Positions 38,559-46,967 of a stretch of 64,000 bases of DNA are shown here, one piece after another. Position 1 is the stretch's first letter. Every line of letters starts with the position of its first letter. Below the pieces are notes generated by a model. It did not search any database and was not told where the DNA came from. It was given only the letters and a program-made list of their open reading frames with translations. The DNA is from Burkholderiales bacterium (GTDB taxonomy: Bacteria; Pseudomonadota; Gammaproteobacteria; Burkholderiales; SG8-39), in contig JAXMFT010000008.1 of the NCBI GenBank assembly GCA_046347635.1, positions 158,619 through 222,618 on the forward strand, given 5' to 3'. A program made the position numbers and the translations under genes.

Positions 38559-40298
38559 ATGGATCTATCCGAACTGCAGCCCCGCTCCGCGGCCGCGGAC
38601 GACGCGCGCTGGCGGCGCGCGCAGCTCGCGCGGCGCACGCTCGGGATCTCGCCCGCGTCGCTGATGCTTGCCTACGCCGACTGGCTGGTGCACTTCCTGA
38701 TCGCGCCGGACAAGCACGAGCTGCTCGCGCGCAAGGCCGTGCGCAAGGCGCAGCGGCTCGCGGAGTACGCGGCGCGGGCGCAGACGGGCGACTGCCCCCC
38801 GTGCATCGAGCCGCTGGCGCAGGACCGCCGCTTCAGCGCGCCGGCCTGGTCGGGTTGGCCGTACAACGTCATCCACCAGGGTTTCCTGCTCTACCAGCAG
38901 TGGATCCACGGCTTCACGACCGGCGTGCGCGGCGTGTCGCAGCACCACGAGGAGGTGACCACCTTCGTCGCGCGCCAGTTGCTGGACATGGTGGCGCCGA
39001 GCAACTTCGTGGCGACCAACCCGGAAGTGACCGTCCGGGCGCTCGAGACGGGCGGGACGAACTTCCTCCTCGGCTGGATGAACTTCCTCGCCGACTGGGA
39101 GCGGCTCGCCGCGGGCAAGCCGCCGGTCGGCACCGAGGCATTCGCGGTCGGCGAGCGCGTCGCGGTCACCCCGGGCAAGGTGGTGTTCCGCAACCGGCTG
39201 ATCGAGCTGCTCCAGTACGAGCCGACCACCGCGCGCGTCCACCCCGAGCCGGTCCTCGTGGTGCCGGCCTGGATCATGAAGTACTACATCCTCGACCTCT
39301 CGCCGCACAACTCGCTCGTGAAGTACCTGGTCGACCGCGGCCACACGGTGTTCGCGATCTCGTGGAAGAACCCGACGCGCGCGGAGCGCGACCTCGGGAT
39401 GGACGACTACCTGCGCCTCGGCCTGCTGGACGCGATCGACGCGGTGTCGGCGATCGCGCCGGGCGCGCGCCTGCACGCCGCCGGCTACTGCATCGGCGGC
39501 ACGCTGCTCGCGATCGGCGCGGCGGCGCTGGCGCGCGACGGCGACGAGCGCCTCGCGACGCTCACGCTGCTCACCGCTCAGACCGATTTCACCGAGCCGG
39601 GCGAGCTCGCGCTGTTCATCGACGAGAGCCAGGTGACCTACCTCGAGGACATGATGTGGGAGCGCGGCTACCTCGACATGGGGCAGATGGCGGGCGCGTT
39701 CCAGCTGCTGCGCTCGAACGACCTCGTGTGGTCGCGCATGGTGCGCGAATACCTGCTGGGCGAGCGCGCCCCGATGAGCGACCTGATGGCGTGGAACGCC
39801 GACGGCACGCGGATGCCCTACCGGATGCACTCGCAGTACCTGCGCAGCCTCTACCTGCGCAACGATCTCGCCGAGGGCGGCTTCGAGGTGGGCGGGCGGC
39901 CGGTGGCGCTGACCGACGTGCGGGCGCCGATCTTCTGCGTCGGCACCGAGCGCGACCACGTCGCGCCCTGGCGCTCGGTCTACAAGCTGCACCTCCTGAC
40001 CGACGCGGAGATCACCTTCGTGCTCGCGAGCGGCGGTCACAACACCGGGGTGGTGAGCGAGCCGGGCGGGCAGAAGGGGAGCTACCGGCGGGCGCAGCGG
40101 GACTACGACGGCAAGTACGTCGATCCGGACGCCTACCTCGCCACCGCGGCGCGGCACGAGGGTTCGTGGTGGCCGGCGTGGCAGGGCTGGCTCGCCGCGC
40201 ACTCGGGCGCGCAGGTCGCGCCGCCGGCGATGGGCGCGCCGGACGCGGGGCTGCGGCCGCTCGGCCCCGCGCCGGGGACCTACGTGCTGGAGCGCTGA
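38559..40298 (+). CDS. phaC: Class I poly(R)-hydroxyalkanoate synthase
   Basis: 579 aa, RBS GAAGGGAG. Lipase-box GYCIGG with catalytic Cys. Conserved PhaC blocks (…VPAWIMKYYILDL…, …WNADGTRMP…). Confidence 0.9.
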   Translation: MDLSELQPRSAAADDARWRRAQLARRTLGISPASLMLAYADWLVHFLIAPDKHELLARKAVRKAQRLAEYAARAQTGDCPPCIEPLAQDRRFSAPAWSGWPYNVIHQGFLLYQQWIHGFTTGVRGVSQHHEEVTTFVARQLLDMVAPSNFVATNPEVTVRALETGGTNFLLGWMNFLADWERLAAGKPPVGTEAFAVGERVAVTPGKVVFRNRLIELLQYEPTTARVHPEPVLVVPAWIMKYYILDLSPHNSLVKYLVDRGHTVFAISWKNPTRAERDLGMDDYLRLGLLDAIDAVSAIAPGARLHAAGYCIGGTLLAIGAAALARDGDERLATLTLLTAQTDFTEPGELALFIDESQVTYLEDMMWERGYLDMGQMAGAFQLLRSNDLVWSRMVREYLLGERAPMSDLMAWNADGTRMPYRMHSQYLRSLYLRNDLAEGGFEVGGRPVALTDVRAPIFCVGTERDHVAPWRSVYKLHLLTDAEITFVLASGGHNTGVVSEPGGQKGSYRRAQRDYDGKYVDPDAYLATAARHEGSWWPAWQGWLAAHSGAQVAPPAMGAPDAGLRPLGPAPGTYVLER

Positions 40299-40411
40299 GC
40301 GGACTGCGCGCGGGGCCGCACCGTCTTCGATCCGGAAACGCTGCGTTCACCGCCGCGCCGCTCATCGCGGCCCGACTTGCGGACCAAGCTCCGGCACCGG
40401 TCCGGCCATTT

Positions 40412-40433
40412 GACGCCGATCAACGTCGGCGTC
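40412..40433. promoter_or_regulatory. Perfect 8-bp inverted repeat (operator or phaC terminator candidate)
   Basis: GACGCCGA-tcaacg-TCGGCGTC, 114 nt after the phaC stop and 25 nt before the DksA-like ATG. No T-tract. Confidence 0.2.
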
Positions 40434-40457
40434 CGGCTCGATGGTAGGTTGACCGGC

Positions 40458-40853
40458 ATGAACAGTCTGACCAGCGAACAGCTCGCGCACCTGACCGGAC
40501 GGATCCGGGAACGCAAGGCGCGCCTGCTCGAGGAGATCCGCCAGGCGCTCGCGCGCTCGGGCCAGGAGCGCTACGCCGATCTCCTGGGCGGCACGGGCGA
40601 CGCGGGGGACGAGTCGTTCGCGAGCCTCGTGCGCGACGTCAGGGAGGCCGAGGTCGTGCGCGACGTGGGAGAAGTGCGCGACATCATAGCGGCGGAGGAG
40701 CGACTGCAGGCCGGGCGCTACGGCGTGTGCATCGACTGCGGCGACTCCATCGGCTACGATCGGCTCGCGGCCTACCCGACCGCCAAGCGCTGCCTCGCCT
40801 GCCAGCAGCACCGCGAGCGCACGCGCGCACCTTCGAAGTACACCGGGCGCTGA
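40458..40853 (+). CDS. TraR/DksA-family C4 zinc-finger protein
   Basis: ATG 40458, 131 aa. Coiled-coil N-half with acidic tip-like DAGDES. Zinc finger CIDCG…CLAC. Confidence 0.8.
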   Translation: MNSLTSEQLAHLTGRIRERKARLLEEIRQALARSGQERYADLLGGTGDAGDESFASLVRDVREAEVVRDVGEVRDIIAAEERLQAGRYGVCIDCGDSIGYDRLAAYPTAKRCLACQQHRERTRAPSKYTGR

Positions 40854-41036
40854 GCTTCCGCGCGCCCGCGGTGCGCGCGAGGCGCCGATGTCCGCCGCAG
40901 GAATCGGTGTCTCCCATCCAGAAACGCGGCGTGTCGGCCGCGGGTACTTATCGCGCGCTGCGGCCCTCACTATCATTCGTCGCCTCGTGCAGGCGGCCGC
41001 GCGGTGCGGCCGCGTGGCCGCACAGGGAGGCGTTCG

Positions 41037-41429
41037 ATGGCGCAGGACCTGCTGATAATCACCGAGCCCGATCTCGCGCTGTTGCGCGGGCTCCTGCCGC
41101 ACGACGACCTGCAGCGCGAGCTCGAGCGCGCGATCGTCGTCGCGCCCGACGCGGTCCCGCGCGAGGTCGTGACGCTGCACTCGCGCGTGCTCTACGTCGA
41201 GGAGTCGACCGGCGCGCGCCGCCTGGTGACGATCGTCTGCCCGATCGAGGCGGACGCGGGCAAGGGCAGGATCTCGGTGCTGGCGCCGGTGGGCGCGGCG
41301 CTGATCGGCCTGTCGGTCGGCCAGGCGATCGAGTGGGACTTCCCCGACGGGACCCGAAGGCGTCTGCGCGTCGAGGACGTGAGCTATCAACCCGAGTCCG
41401 CCGGAAACCTCGCCGCGCTGCACGCCTGA
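41037..41429 (+). CDS. rnk: GreA/GreB-family protein, Rnk-like (regulator of nucleoside diphosphate kinase type)
   Basis: ATG 41037 after AGGGAGG, 130 aa. C-terminal Gre-type domain …VTLHSRVLYVEESTGARRLVTIVCPIEADAGKGRISVLAPVGAALIGLSVGQAIEW…. Confidence 0.7.
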   Translation: MAQDLLIITEPDLALLRGLLPHDDLQRELERAIVVAPDAVPREVVTLHSRVLYVEESTGARRLVTIVCPIEADAGKGRISVLAPVGAALIGLSVGQAIEWDFPDGTRRRLRVEDVSYQPESAGNLAALHA

Positions 41430-41492
41430 CGCGGTGAAGATGCGCCGGCGCGCGGCGCCGGGGCGGAAACGGTGTGGTTCGCGTTCGTGCGC

Positions 41493-41521
41493 TTTGCGGC
41501 GGGGCCGCCGGTCGCTAGCAT
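41493..41521 (+). promoter_or_regulatory. Candidate promoter of the phasin-like gene (TTTGCG-N17-TAGCAT) with the shared GTCGCTAGCATCGA motif
   Basis: -10 TAGCAT at 41516-41521. The motif copy at 41511-41524 is identical to the one upstream of phaC. About 140 nt upstream of ATG 41660. Confidence 0.3.
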
Positions 41522-41659
41522 CGAACTGCCTCGACGGGCAGCGGAACCAACCGGCCGACGGGCGGATCTACCCGTATTGCAGACCGGGCCGGGGTCGACG
41601 CGCCCGGCGCCGCGCTGCCTGCCGTCGCGACCCTGGATGAACGACGAAAGGAGACGTCA

Positions 41660-42073
41660 ATGCCCCTGATGATGGAATCGCTTACCGCGCTGGGCCGCGC
41701 TCATGTCGGGTTCTGCGAGCAGCTCGCGTGGTTCGCGCTCGAGAGCTGCGAGCGCGCGCATCGACTGAACATGGACGCGTTCGAGTCGTTCTGGGCGCGG
41801 CGGATGGCGGAGGCCAGGGCTGCGGTCGGCGCGGAGGCGGCGCCGGCGTCCGGCAGCACCGCGGCCGACGCGCTGATCGCCCACTGGACGCGGATGAGCG
41901 AGTCCGCTTCGTATCTCTGCCAGGAATTCGGGCGGATGGCGGCCGAGTACGCGGACGGGCTGAAGGCCGCCGCGAGCGCCGCGCCGGATGACGCCGTGCC
42001 CGCTGCTCCGAACCAGGGACGCCGGGCGCAGGCTCCAGGGTCTGCGGGAGGCGCTTTGGCGAAGGCGGCGTGA
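41660..42073 (+). CDS. Phasin-like (PHA granule-associated) protein, tentative
   Basis: 137 aa. Helical N-half (…LTALGRAHVGFCEQLAWFALESCERAHRLNMDAFESFW…) reminiscent of the Phasin_2 family, with an Ala-rich tail. phaC is nearby and the upstream motif is shared. Confidence 0.4.
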   Translation: MPLMMESLTALGRAHVGFCEQLAWFALESCERAHRLNMDAFESFWARRMAEARAAVGAEAAPASGSTAADALIAHWTRMSESASYLCQEFGRMAAEYADGLKAAASAAPDDAVPAAPNQGRRAQAPGSAGGALAKAA

Positions 42074-42170
42074 GGCCGCGCGGGGGCGGACGGGTCGCGC
42101 CGTGGCGGTGGCGCGCGATGTTCCGCCGCCATCCGGCCGGCCGCGGGTCGCGCCGCCCGACGGGAGAGCG

Positions 42171-42392
42171 ATGATGGACGCAACCTGGAGCGAGCGGGAC
42201 CGGCTCGAGTTCCTCGTGCGCAGGGACGGCGTCGAGGCCGCGGAGGCGTGGGCGCGGCGCACCCTGCGCATCTACCGCCGCGCGGTGCTCACGCCCGGGC
42301 ACTTCGCGCGCCTGCCCGAGTACCGGCGCCGCTTCGTGGAGGCATACTGCGAGTTCAAGCGGTGGCTCGCGCACGCAGGCGGCGCGCCGTGA
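42171..42392 (+). CDS. Hypothetical 73-aa protein
   Basis: ATG 42171 after GGGAGAG, coding-like codon bias. No family recognised. Ends 11 nt before sdhC. Confidence 0.35.
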   Translation: MMDATWSERDRLEFLVRRDGVEAAEAWARRTLRIYRRAVLTPGHFARLPEYRRRFVEAYCEFKRWLAHAGGAP

Positions 42393-42403
42393 CGGAGATC
42401 CCG

Positions 42404-42784
42404 ATGCCGCAGACCGCGCGCAGGGCGCGCTTCCTCGACCTCAGCCGCATCCGCTTCCCGGTGGGCGCCATCTGCTCGATCGGGCACCGCGTCTCGGGGG
42501 TCGCCCTCGCCGTCGCGCTCCCCCTGCTCATCGCGCTCTTCGCGCGCTCGCTCGCGGGCGCGGAGGGCTACGCGGAGGCGGCGCGCTGGCTCGCGCCGCT
42601 TCCGGTCCGCGCCGCGCTCGTGCTCGTCGTCTGGGCGTTCGCGCATCACCTGCTCGCCGGCGTGCGCCACCTCCTGATGGACGTCGGCGCGGGCTCGCGG
42701 CTCGGCGCCGCGCGCGCGAGCGCGTGGACCGCCAATCTCGCGGGCCTCGCGCTCGCCGTGCTCGCCGCGGGAGCGCTGCTGTGA
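42404..42784 (+). CDS. sdhC: Succinate dehydrogenase cytochrome b556 subunit
   Basis: ATG 42404, 126 aa. …FLDLSRIRFPVGAICSIGHRVSGVAL… and …AHHLLAGVRHLLMD… are typical of betaproteobacterial SdhC. Confidence 0.8.
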   Translation: MPQTARRARFLDLSRIRFPVGAICSIGHRVSGVALAVALPLLIALFARSLAGAEGYAEAARWLAPLPVRAALVLVVWAFAHHLLAGVRHLLMDVGAGSRLGAARASAWTANLAGLALAVLAAGALL

Positions 42785-43113
42785 GGGCGGTGACGAGCGG
42801 CACGCGGGCCTGGCTGCTCCAGCGGCTCACCGCCGTGTACATGCTGCTCTTCCTGGTCGTGGTGCTCGCCCGGTTCGCCGCGGACGCGCCGTCGTCCTAC
42901 GAAGCGTGGCGGAGCTGGATCGGCGCCGGCGGGATGCGCCTCGCGGTCCTGCTCTTCACCGCGGCGCTGCTGCTGCACGCCTGGGTCGGGCTGCGCGACG
43001 TCGCCATGGACTACCTGCACCCGCCCGCGCTGCGGATCGGGGTGCTCGCGCTCGTCGGCGCGGGGCTCGCCGCGGCCGGGGCGTGGGTGGCGCTGGCGGT
43101 GGTCGCGCTGTAG
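42781..43113 (+). CDS. sdhD: Succinate dehydrogenase hydrophobic membrane anchor subunit
   Basis: GTG 42781 overlaps the sdhC stop (GTGA), 110 aa. …RAWLLQRLTAVYML… and …LLLHAWVGLRDVAMDY…. Confidence 0.75.
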   Translation: MRAVTSGTRAWLLQRLTAVYMLLFLVVVLARFAADAPSSYEAWRSWIGAGGMRLAVLLFTAALLLHAWVGLRDVAMDYLHPPALRIGVLALVGAGLAAAGAWVALAVVAL

Positions 43114-43127
43114 CGCGGGAGCGGAAG

Positions 43128-43823
43128 ATGCGATTCTCGATCTACCGCTTCAATCCCGAGCGCGACGCGCGTCCCTACATGCAGGAATACGAGCTCGCGC
43201 TCGACCCGCACGACCGCATGCTGCTCGACGCGCTCGTGCGGCTGCGCGCGCAGGACGACAGCCTGGCGTTCCGCAAGTCCTGCCGCGAGGGCGTGTGCGG
43301 CTCGGACGCGATGAACATCAACGGCCGCAACGGGCTCGCCTGCATCACCCGGCTCGCGGACCTGAAGGAGCCGGTCACGCTGCGCCCGCTGCCCGGGTTC
43401 CCGGTCGTGCGCGACCTCGTCGTGGACATGAGCACGTTCTTCGCGCACTACCACGCGATCCGCCCGTACCTGGTGAACGACGAGCCGCCGCCCGCGCGCG
43501 AGCGCCTGCAATCGCCGCAGGAGCGCGCGGCGCTGGACGGCCTGTACGAGTGCATCCTGTGCGGCGCCTGCACCGGGTTCTGCCCGTCGTGGTGGTGGAA
43601 CCCCGAGCGCTTCCTCGGGCCGGCGGCGCTGCTGCAGGCGATGCGCTTCATCGCCGACAGCCGCGACCGCGCCACCGCCGAGCGGCTGGAGTTCCTCGAC
43701 GACGCCTACCGGCTCTACCGCTGCCGGACGATCATGAACTGCACCGAGGTCTGCCCGAAGCACCTGAGTCCCTCGCGCGCGATCGAGCACATCCGCCGCA
43801 GGATCGTGAGCGAAGGGCTGTGA
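43128..43823 (+). CDS. sdhB: Succinate dehydrogenase iron-sulfur subunit
   Basis: ATG 43128, 231 aa. 2Fe-2S CREGVCGSDAMNINGRNGLAC, 4Fe-4S CILCGACTGFCP, 3Fe-4S CRTIMNCTEVCP. Starts 14 nt after the sdhD stop. Confidence 0.9.
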   Translation: MRFSIYRFNPERDARPYMQEYELALDPHDRMLLDALVRLRAQDDSLAFRKSCREGVCGSDAMNINGRNGLACITRLADLKEPVTLRPLPGFPVVRDLVVDMSTFFAHYHAIRPYLVNDEPPPARERLQSPQERAALDGLYECILCGACTGFCPSWWWNPERFLGPAALLQAMRFIADSRDRATAERLEFLDDAYRLYRCRTIMNCTEVCPKHLSPSRAIEHIRRRIVSEGL

Positions 43824-43926
43824 GCACCGGCGGGCCGCGTCCGCGCGCGCGCCGTCGCGTCCCCGGAAACACAGCATTGCGGAGGAAATACTGGTCCCGC
43901 GTGCCCGGCGCCCCGACAATGGCACG

Positions 43927-44811
43927 GTGAAAGCGATTCTGGCGGCTACCGACTTCTCCCGCGCGGCCTCGATGGCGGTGCGGCGGGCGGCGCAGCTCGC
44001 CCGCGCCGGCGGCGCGCGGCTCGAGCTCGTGCACGTCCTGCCGCCGGAGCCGGGCGCGGCGAGCTGGGCCGAGCTGCGCGGCGCGACCGCGTACGACGCG
44101 GCGCGCGTGCGCGCGGACGCCATGGGCCGGCTGCAGCGCGCCGCCGGTCGCATCGGTGCCGATCTCGCCGCGCCGCCGGAGCTCCACCTCGCGCAGGGCA
44201 GGGCGCACGTGGCGATTGCGAGCCGGGCGACCGCGACCGGCGCAGACCTCGTGGTGGTCGGCGCGCACGGCGAGCACTGGGTGCTCGACGTGTTCGTCGG
44301 CACCACCGCGCAGCGCGTGCTGCGCGCCGTGCCCGTGCCGGTGCTGATCGTGCGGCAGGCGCCGATCTATCGCTACGAGCAGCTCTTGATCGCGACCGAC
44401 TTTTCGGCCGCGTCCCTGGCGGCCGCGCGTGCCGCGCGAACCCTCTTCGCCGGCGCGACGTTCCACTTCCTGCACGTCTGCGAGCCGCAGTTCGAGGGTG
44501 CGCTCGCGCTGGCCGGGGCGAGCCAGACGACGATCGCGGACCGGCGGCAAAGCGTGGCGAACGAGGCCCTGCGGGCGCTGGAGCGCTTCGTGCGCGAGGC
44601 GGGGTTCGAGGAAGGCGGGAGCTCGCTGCGGGTGCGGCACGGCTATCCGCCGGCGCGGATCAAGGAGCGGGCCGCCGAGCTCGACGTGGACGCCATCGTG
44701 CTCGGGGCGCAGGGCAAGTCGCGGCTCGAGGCGGGACTCCTCGGCAGCGTGAGCGAGCACGTGGCGGCGGAGACGCCCTGCGACGTCCTGCTCGTGAAGG
44801 CGCCGTCCTGA
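43927..44811 (+). CDS. Tandem universal stress protein (UspA-family) domain protein
   Basis: GTG 43927, 294 aa. Two USP domains (…ILAATDFS… / …LLIATDFS…, each ending …G…GS.S..V…PV(L)(L)V). Confidence 0.85.
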   Translation: MKAILAATDFSRAASMAVRRAAQLARAGGARLELVHVLPPEPGAASWAELRGATAYDAARVRADAMGRLQRAAGRIGADLAAPPELHLAQGRAHVAIASRATATGADLVVVGAHGEHWVLDVFVGTTAQRVLRAVPVPVLIVRQAPIYRYEQLLIATDFSAASLAAARAARTLFAGATFHFLHVCEPQFEGALALAGASQTTIADRRQSVANEALRALERFVREAGFEEGGSSLRVRHGYPPARIKERAAELDVDAIVLGAQGKSRLEAGLLGSVSEHVAAETPCDVLLVKAPS

Positions 44812-44887
44812 GACCGTCGCCCGGCGGACGACCGGGCGCAGCCGCATCCGTCGATGATCCGCTCAGTCAACCGTTGGGAGGCTACCG

Positions 44888-45307
44888 ATGCCTGAATCGA
44901 ACCTGGGAAGGAAGGCGGTCGCCCTCGGCCACCGGCAGGGCTATGCGAAGGGCATGCAGCGCGGCCTGTCCAAGGGGCTCCGGGAGGGCGTCGCGGAAGG
45001 CCGCAGGAAGGGCGTGCTCGAGGGCATGCAGCGCGTGCTCCTGAGGCAGCTGAAGCTGCGCTTCGGCCCGGTGCCGGCTGCGCTGCGCGTGCGCATCGAA
45101 CGCGTCACCGATGCGCGCGTACTGGACCGCATTGCGGCCGGTCTGGCGCAGGGGGACGATCTCATGCAGCTCGGCCGGCTCGTCCTGCGTGGCGGCGCCG
45201 CGCCGAAGCGGAAGGCAAGACGGTCGCGCGCGTTGCCGGAGGGCCCGGCGAGCGCGGTCAACCCGCGCCGCCCGCGCCGCATGAAGCCGGTGCGCGGCCT
45301 GTACTGA
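44888..45307 (+). CDS. DUF4351-like small protein (resembles the C-terminal module of Rpn/PD-(D/E)XK transposase-like proteins)
   Basis: ATG after GGGAGG, 139 aa. Gly/basic repeats GYAKGMQRGLSKGLREGVAEGRRKGVLEG followed by LLRQLKLRFGPVPAALRVRIERVTDARVLDRIAAGL. No nuclease domain. Confidence 0.5.
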   Translation: MPESNLGRKAVALGHRQGYAKGMQRGLSKGLREGVAEGRRKGVLEGMQRVLLRQLKLRFGPVPAALRVRIERVTDARVLDRIAAGLAQGDDLMQLGRLVLRGGAAPKRKARRSRALPEGPASAVNPRRPRRMKPVRGLY

Positions 45308-45368
45308 GACCCCGGCAGGCGTCCGGACCCGGCGACTTCCGCCCGTACCGCGGCGGCGGGCCGGCGCG

Positions 45369-46301
45369 TCAGGCCTTCGCCTTCGCGCGAGCGCGCTCCG
45401 GCCGATCCCAGTACGGCTCGGGCCCGAACCGGCCGCGGACGAAATCGACGAAGGCGCGCACCTTCGCCGGCAGGTGGATGCCCGGCAGGTGGACCGCGTA
45501 GACGTGGCGCTCGAGCGGGACGTACTCCGCGAGCACGGCCTGCAGCCGGCCCGACTGCAGCTCGCCGCCGATGATGAACGTCGGCAGCAGCGCGATGCCG
45601 AGCCCGCCCAGCACCGCCTGCGACAGCGCCTCGTCGTCGTTGATGCGCAGGTCGCCGGACACCGGCACGGAGATCTCGCCCGCGGGCCCTCTGAAGCGCC
45701 ACTCGCCCCGCGTCCCGAACGACGTGTAGTGCAGGCAGTTGTGCCGCTTCAGGTCCTGCGGCGTCCGCGGCACGCCGCGGCGCCGGAAGTATTCCGGTGT
45801 CGCGCACGCCACGCGGCGCACCGGCGCGAGCTTGCGCGCGACGTGGTTCAGGTCGGGCTCGCGCGTGATGCGGATGGCGACGTCGTAGCCTTCCTCCACC
45901 AGGTCGACCATGCGGTCGGTGATCGTCACGTCGATCGAGAGATCCGGGTGGCGCGCGAGGAACTCGGGCAGGGCCGGCGCCACGTGCAGCGTGCCGAACG
46001 CGACCGGTGCGGTGAGCTTCAGCACCCCGCGCGGCTCGGAGTGGAGCTGGCTCACGACCTCTTCGGCCTGCTGGGCCTCCGCGGCGATCCGGCTGCAGTG
46101 CTCGTAGAAGGCCGCCCCGACCTCGGTCAGGCTGAGCCCCCGGGTGCTGCGGTTGAGCAGCCGCGCCTTGAGCGCGCGCTCGAGCTTGGCGATCGCCTTG
46201 CTCACCCGCGACTTCGACGCGCCCATGCGCCGGGCGGCGGCGGAGAAGCTCTTCGCCTCGACCACGCGCGCGAAGACCACCATGTCGTTCAGATCCTGCA
46301 T
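45369..46301 (-). CDS. LysR-family transcriptional regulator
   Basis: 310 aa. N-terminal HTH MQDLNDMVVFARVVEAKSFSAAARRMGASKSRVSKAIAKLE and a LysR substrate-binding domain. Confidence 0.9.
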   Translation of the reverse strand: MQDLNDMVVFARVVEAKSFSAAARRMGASKSRVSKAIAKLERALKARLLNRSTRGLSLTEVGAAFYEHCSRIAAEAQQAEEVVSQLHSEPRGVLKLTAPVAFGTLHVAPALPEFLARHPDLSIDVTITDRMVDLVEEGYDVAIRITREPDLNHVARKLAPVRRVACATPEYFRRRGVPRTPQDLKRHNCLHYTSFGTRGEWRFRGPAGEISVPVSGDLRINDDEALSQAVLGGLGIALLPTFIIGGELQSGRLQAVLAEYVPLERHVYAVHLPGIHLPAKVRAFVDFVRGRFGPEPYWDRPERARAKAKA

Positions 46302-46538
46302 CGTCCGATCCTTCGCCGTGTCCGCGCGGGAAACGCTGTTGTTCGATCCGGCCGGCTACCGGCGCTCGCGCGGCACCGATACCATCGGCGCACGTTGGCG
46401 GGCGCATGCCCGCAGCACGCACCTGCGAGGGGTCGTTCGGCGCTGGCCGGATTATCGCGGAAACGCCCGCGCCGGGAACGAGCGCGACGCGTGCGCACGG
46501 GCGGCAGCGGGAGCCCGAACGCTACCTGGAGAGGGAAC

Positions 46539-46967
46539 ATGACCAGCCGGAACGACATCCTGATCTCGGCCTGCGACGCGCAGGCGATCGGTCTGATGCT
46601 GGGCGACTGGCCGCGGCGCCACCGCCTGGAGCAGGAAACCGCCGCGGAACTCGCGACCACGATCGCCAGCGCGCGCATCGTCGCGTCGGACGAGCTGGCC
46701 CACGACGTCGTGGCGATGGATTCGACCGTCACCTACGTGGAGATCCCGGACGGCGGCGCGGAGACCGTGCGGATCGTGTACCCGGTGCAGGCGAATGCAG
46801 GCGCCGGGCGGGTGTCGGTGCTGTCGCCGATCGGGCGCGCGCTCCTCGGGCGCTTCGTCGGAAGCGTCATCGACGTGCTGCTGCCCACCGGCCGGCAGTT
46901 CGCGATCAGGATCGTCGAAGTCTCGCGCGGGAGGGTGAGCAATGACGAAGCTCTCGCTCTTGCCTGA
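46539..46967 (+). CDS. GreA/GreB C-terminal-domain (Rnk-like) protein
   Basis: ATG 46539 after GGAGAGGGA, 142 aa. …VAMDSTVTYVEIPDGGAETVRIVYPVQANAGAGRVSVLSPIGRALLGRFVGSVIDVLLP… parallels the protein at 41037-41429. Confidence 0.65.
   Translation: MTSRNDILISACDAQAIGLMLGDWPRRHRLEQETAAELATTIASARIVASDELAHDVVAMDSTVTYVEIPDGGAETVRIVYPVQANAGAGRVSVLSPIGRALLGRFVGSVIDVLLPTGRQFAIRIVEVSRGRVSNDEALALA

Noticed and set aside
46376-46388. Palindrome CCGAT-acc-ATCGG in the LysR/Rnk-like divergent region as a LysR box
   Set aside because: It is short (5-bp arms) and does not fit the T-N11-A LysR architecture. It may be chance in this base composition.
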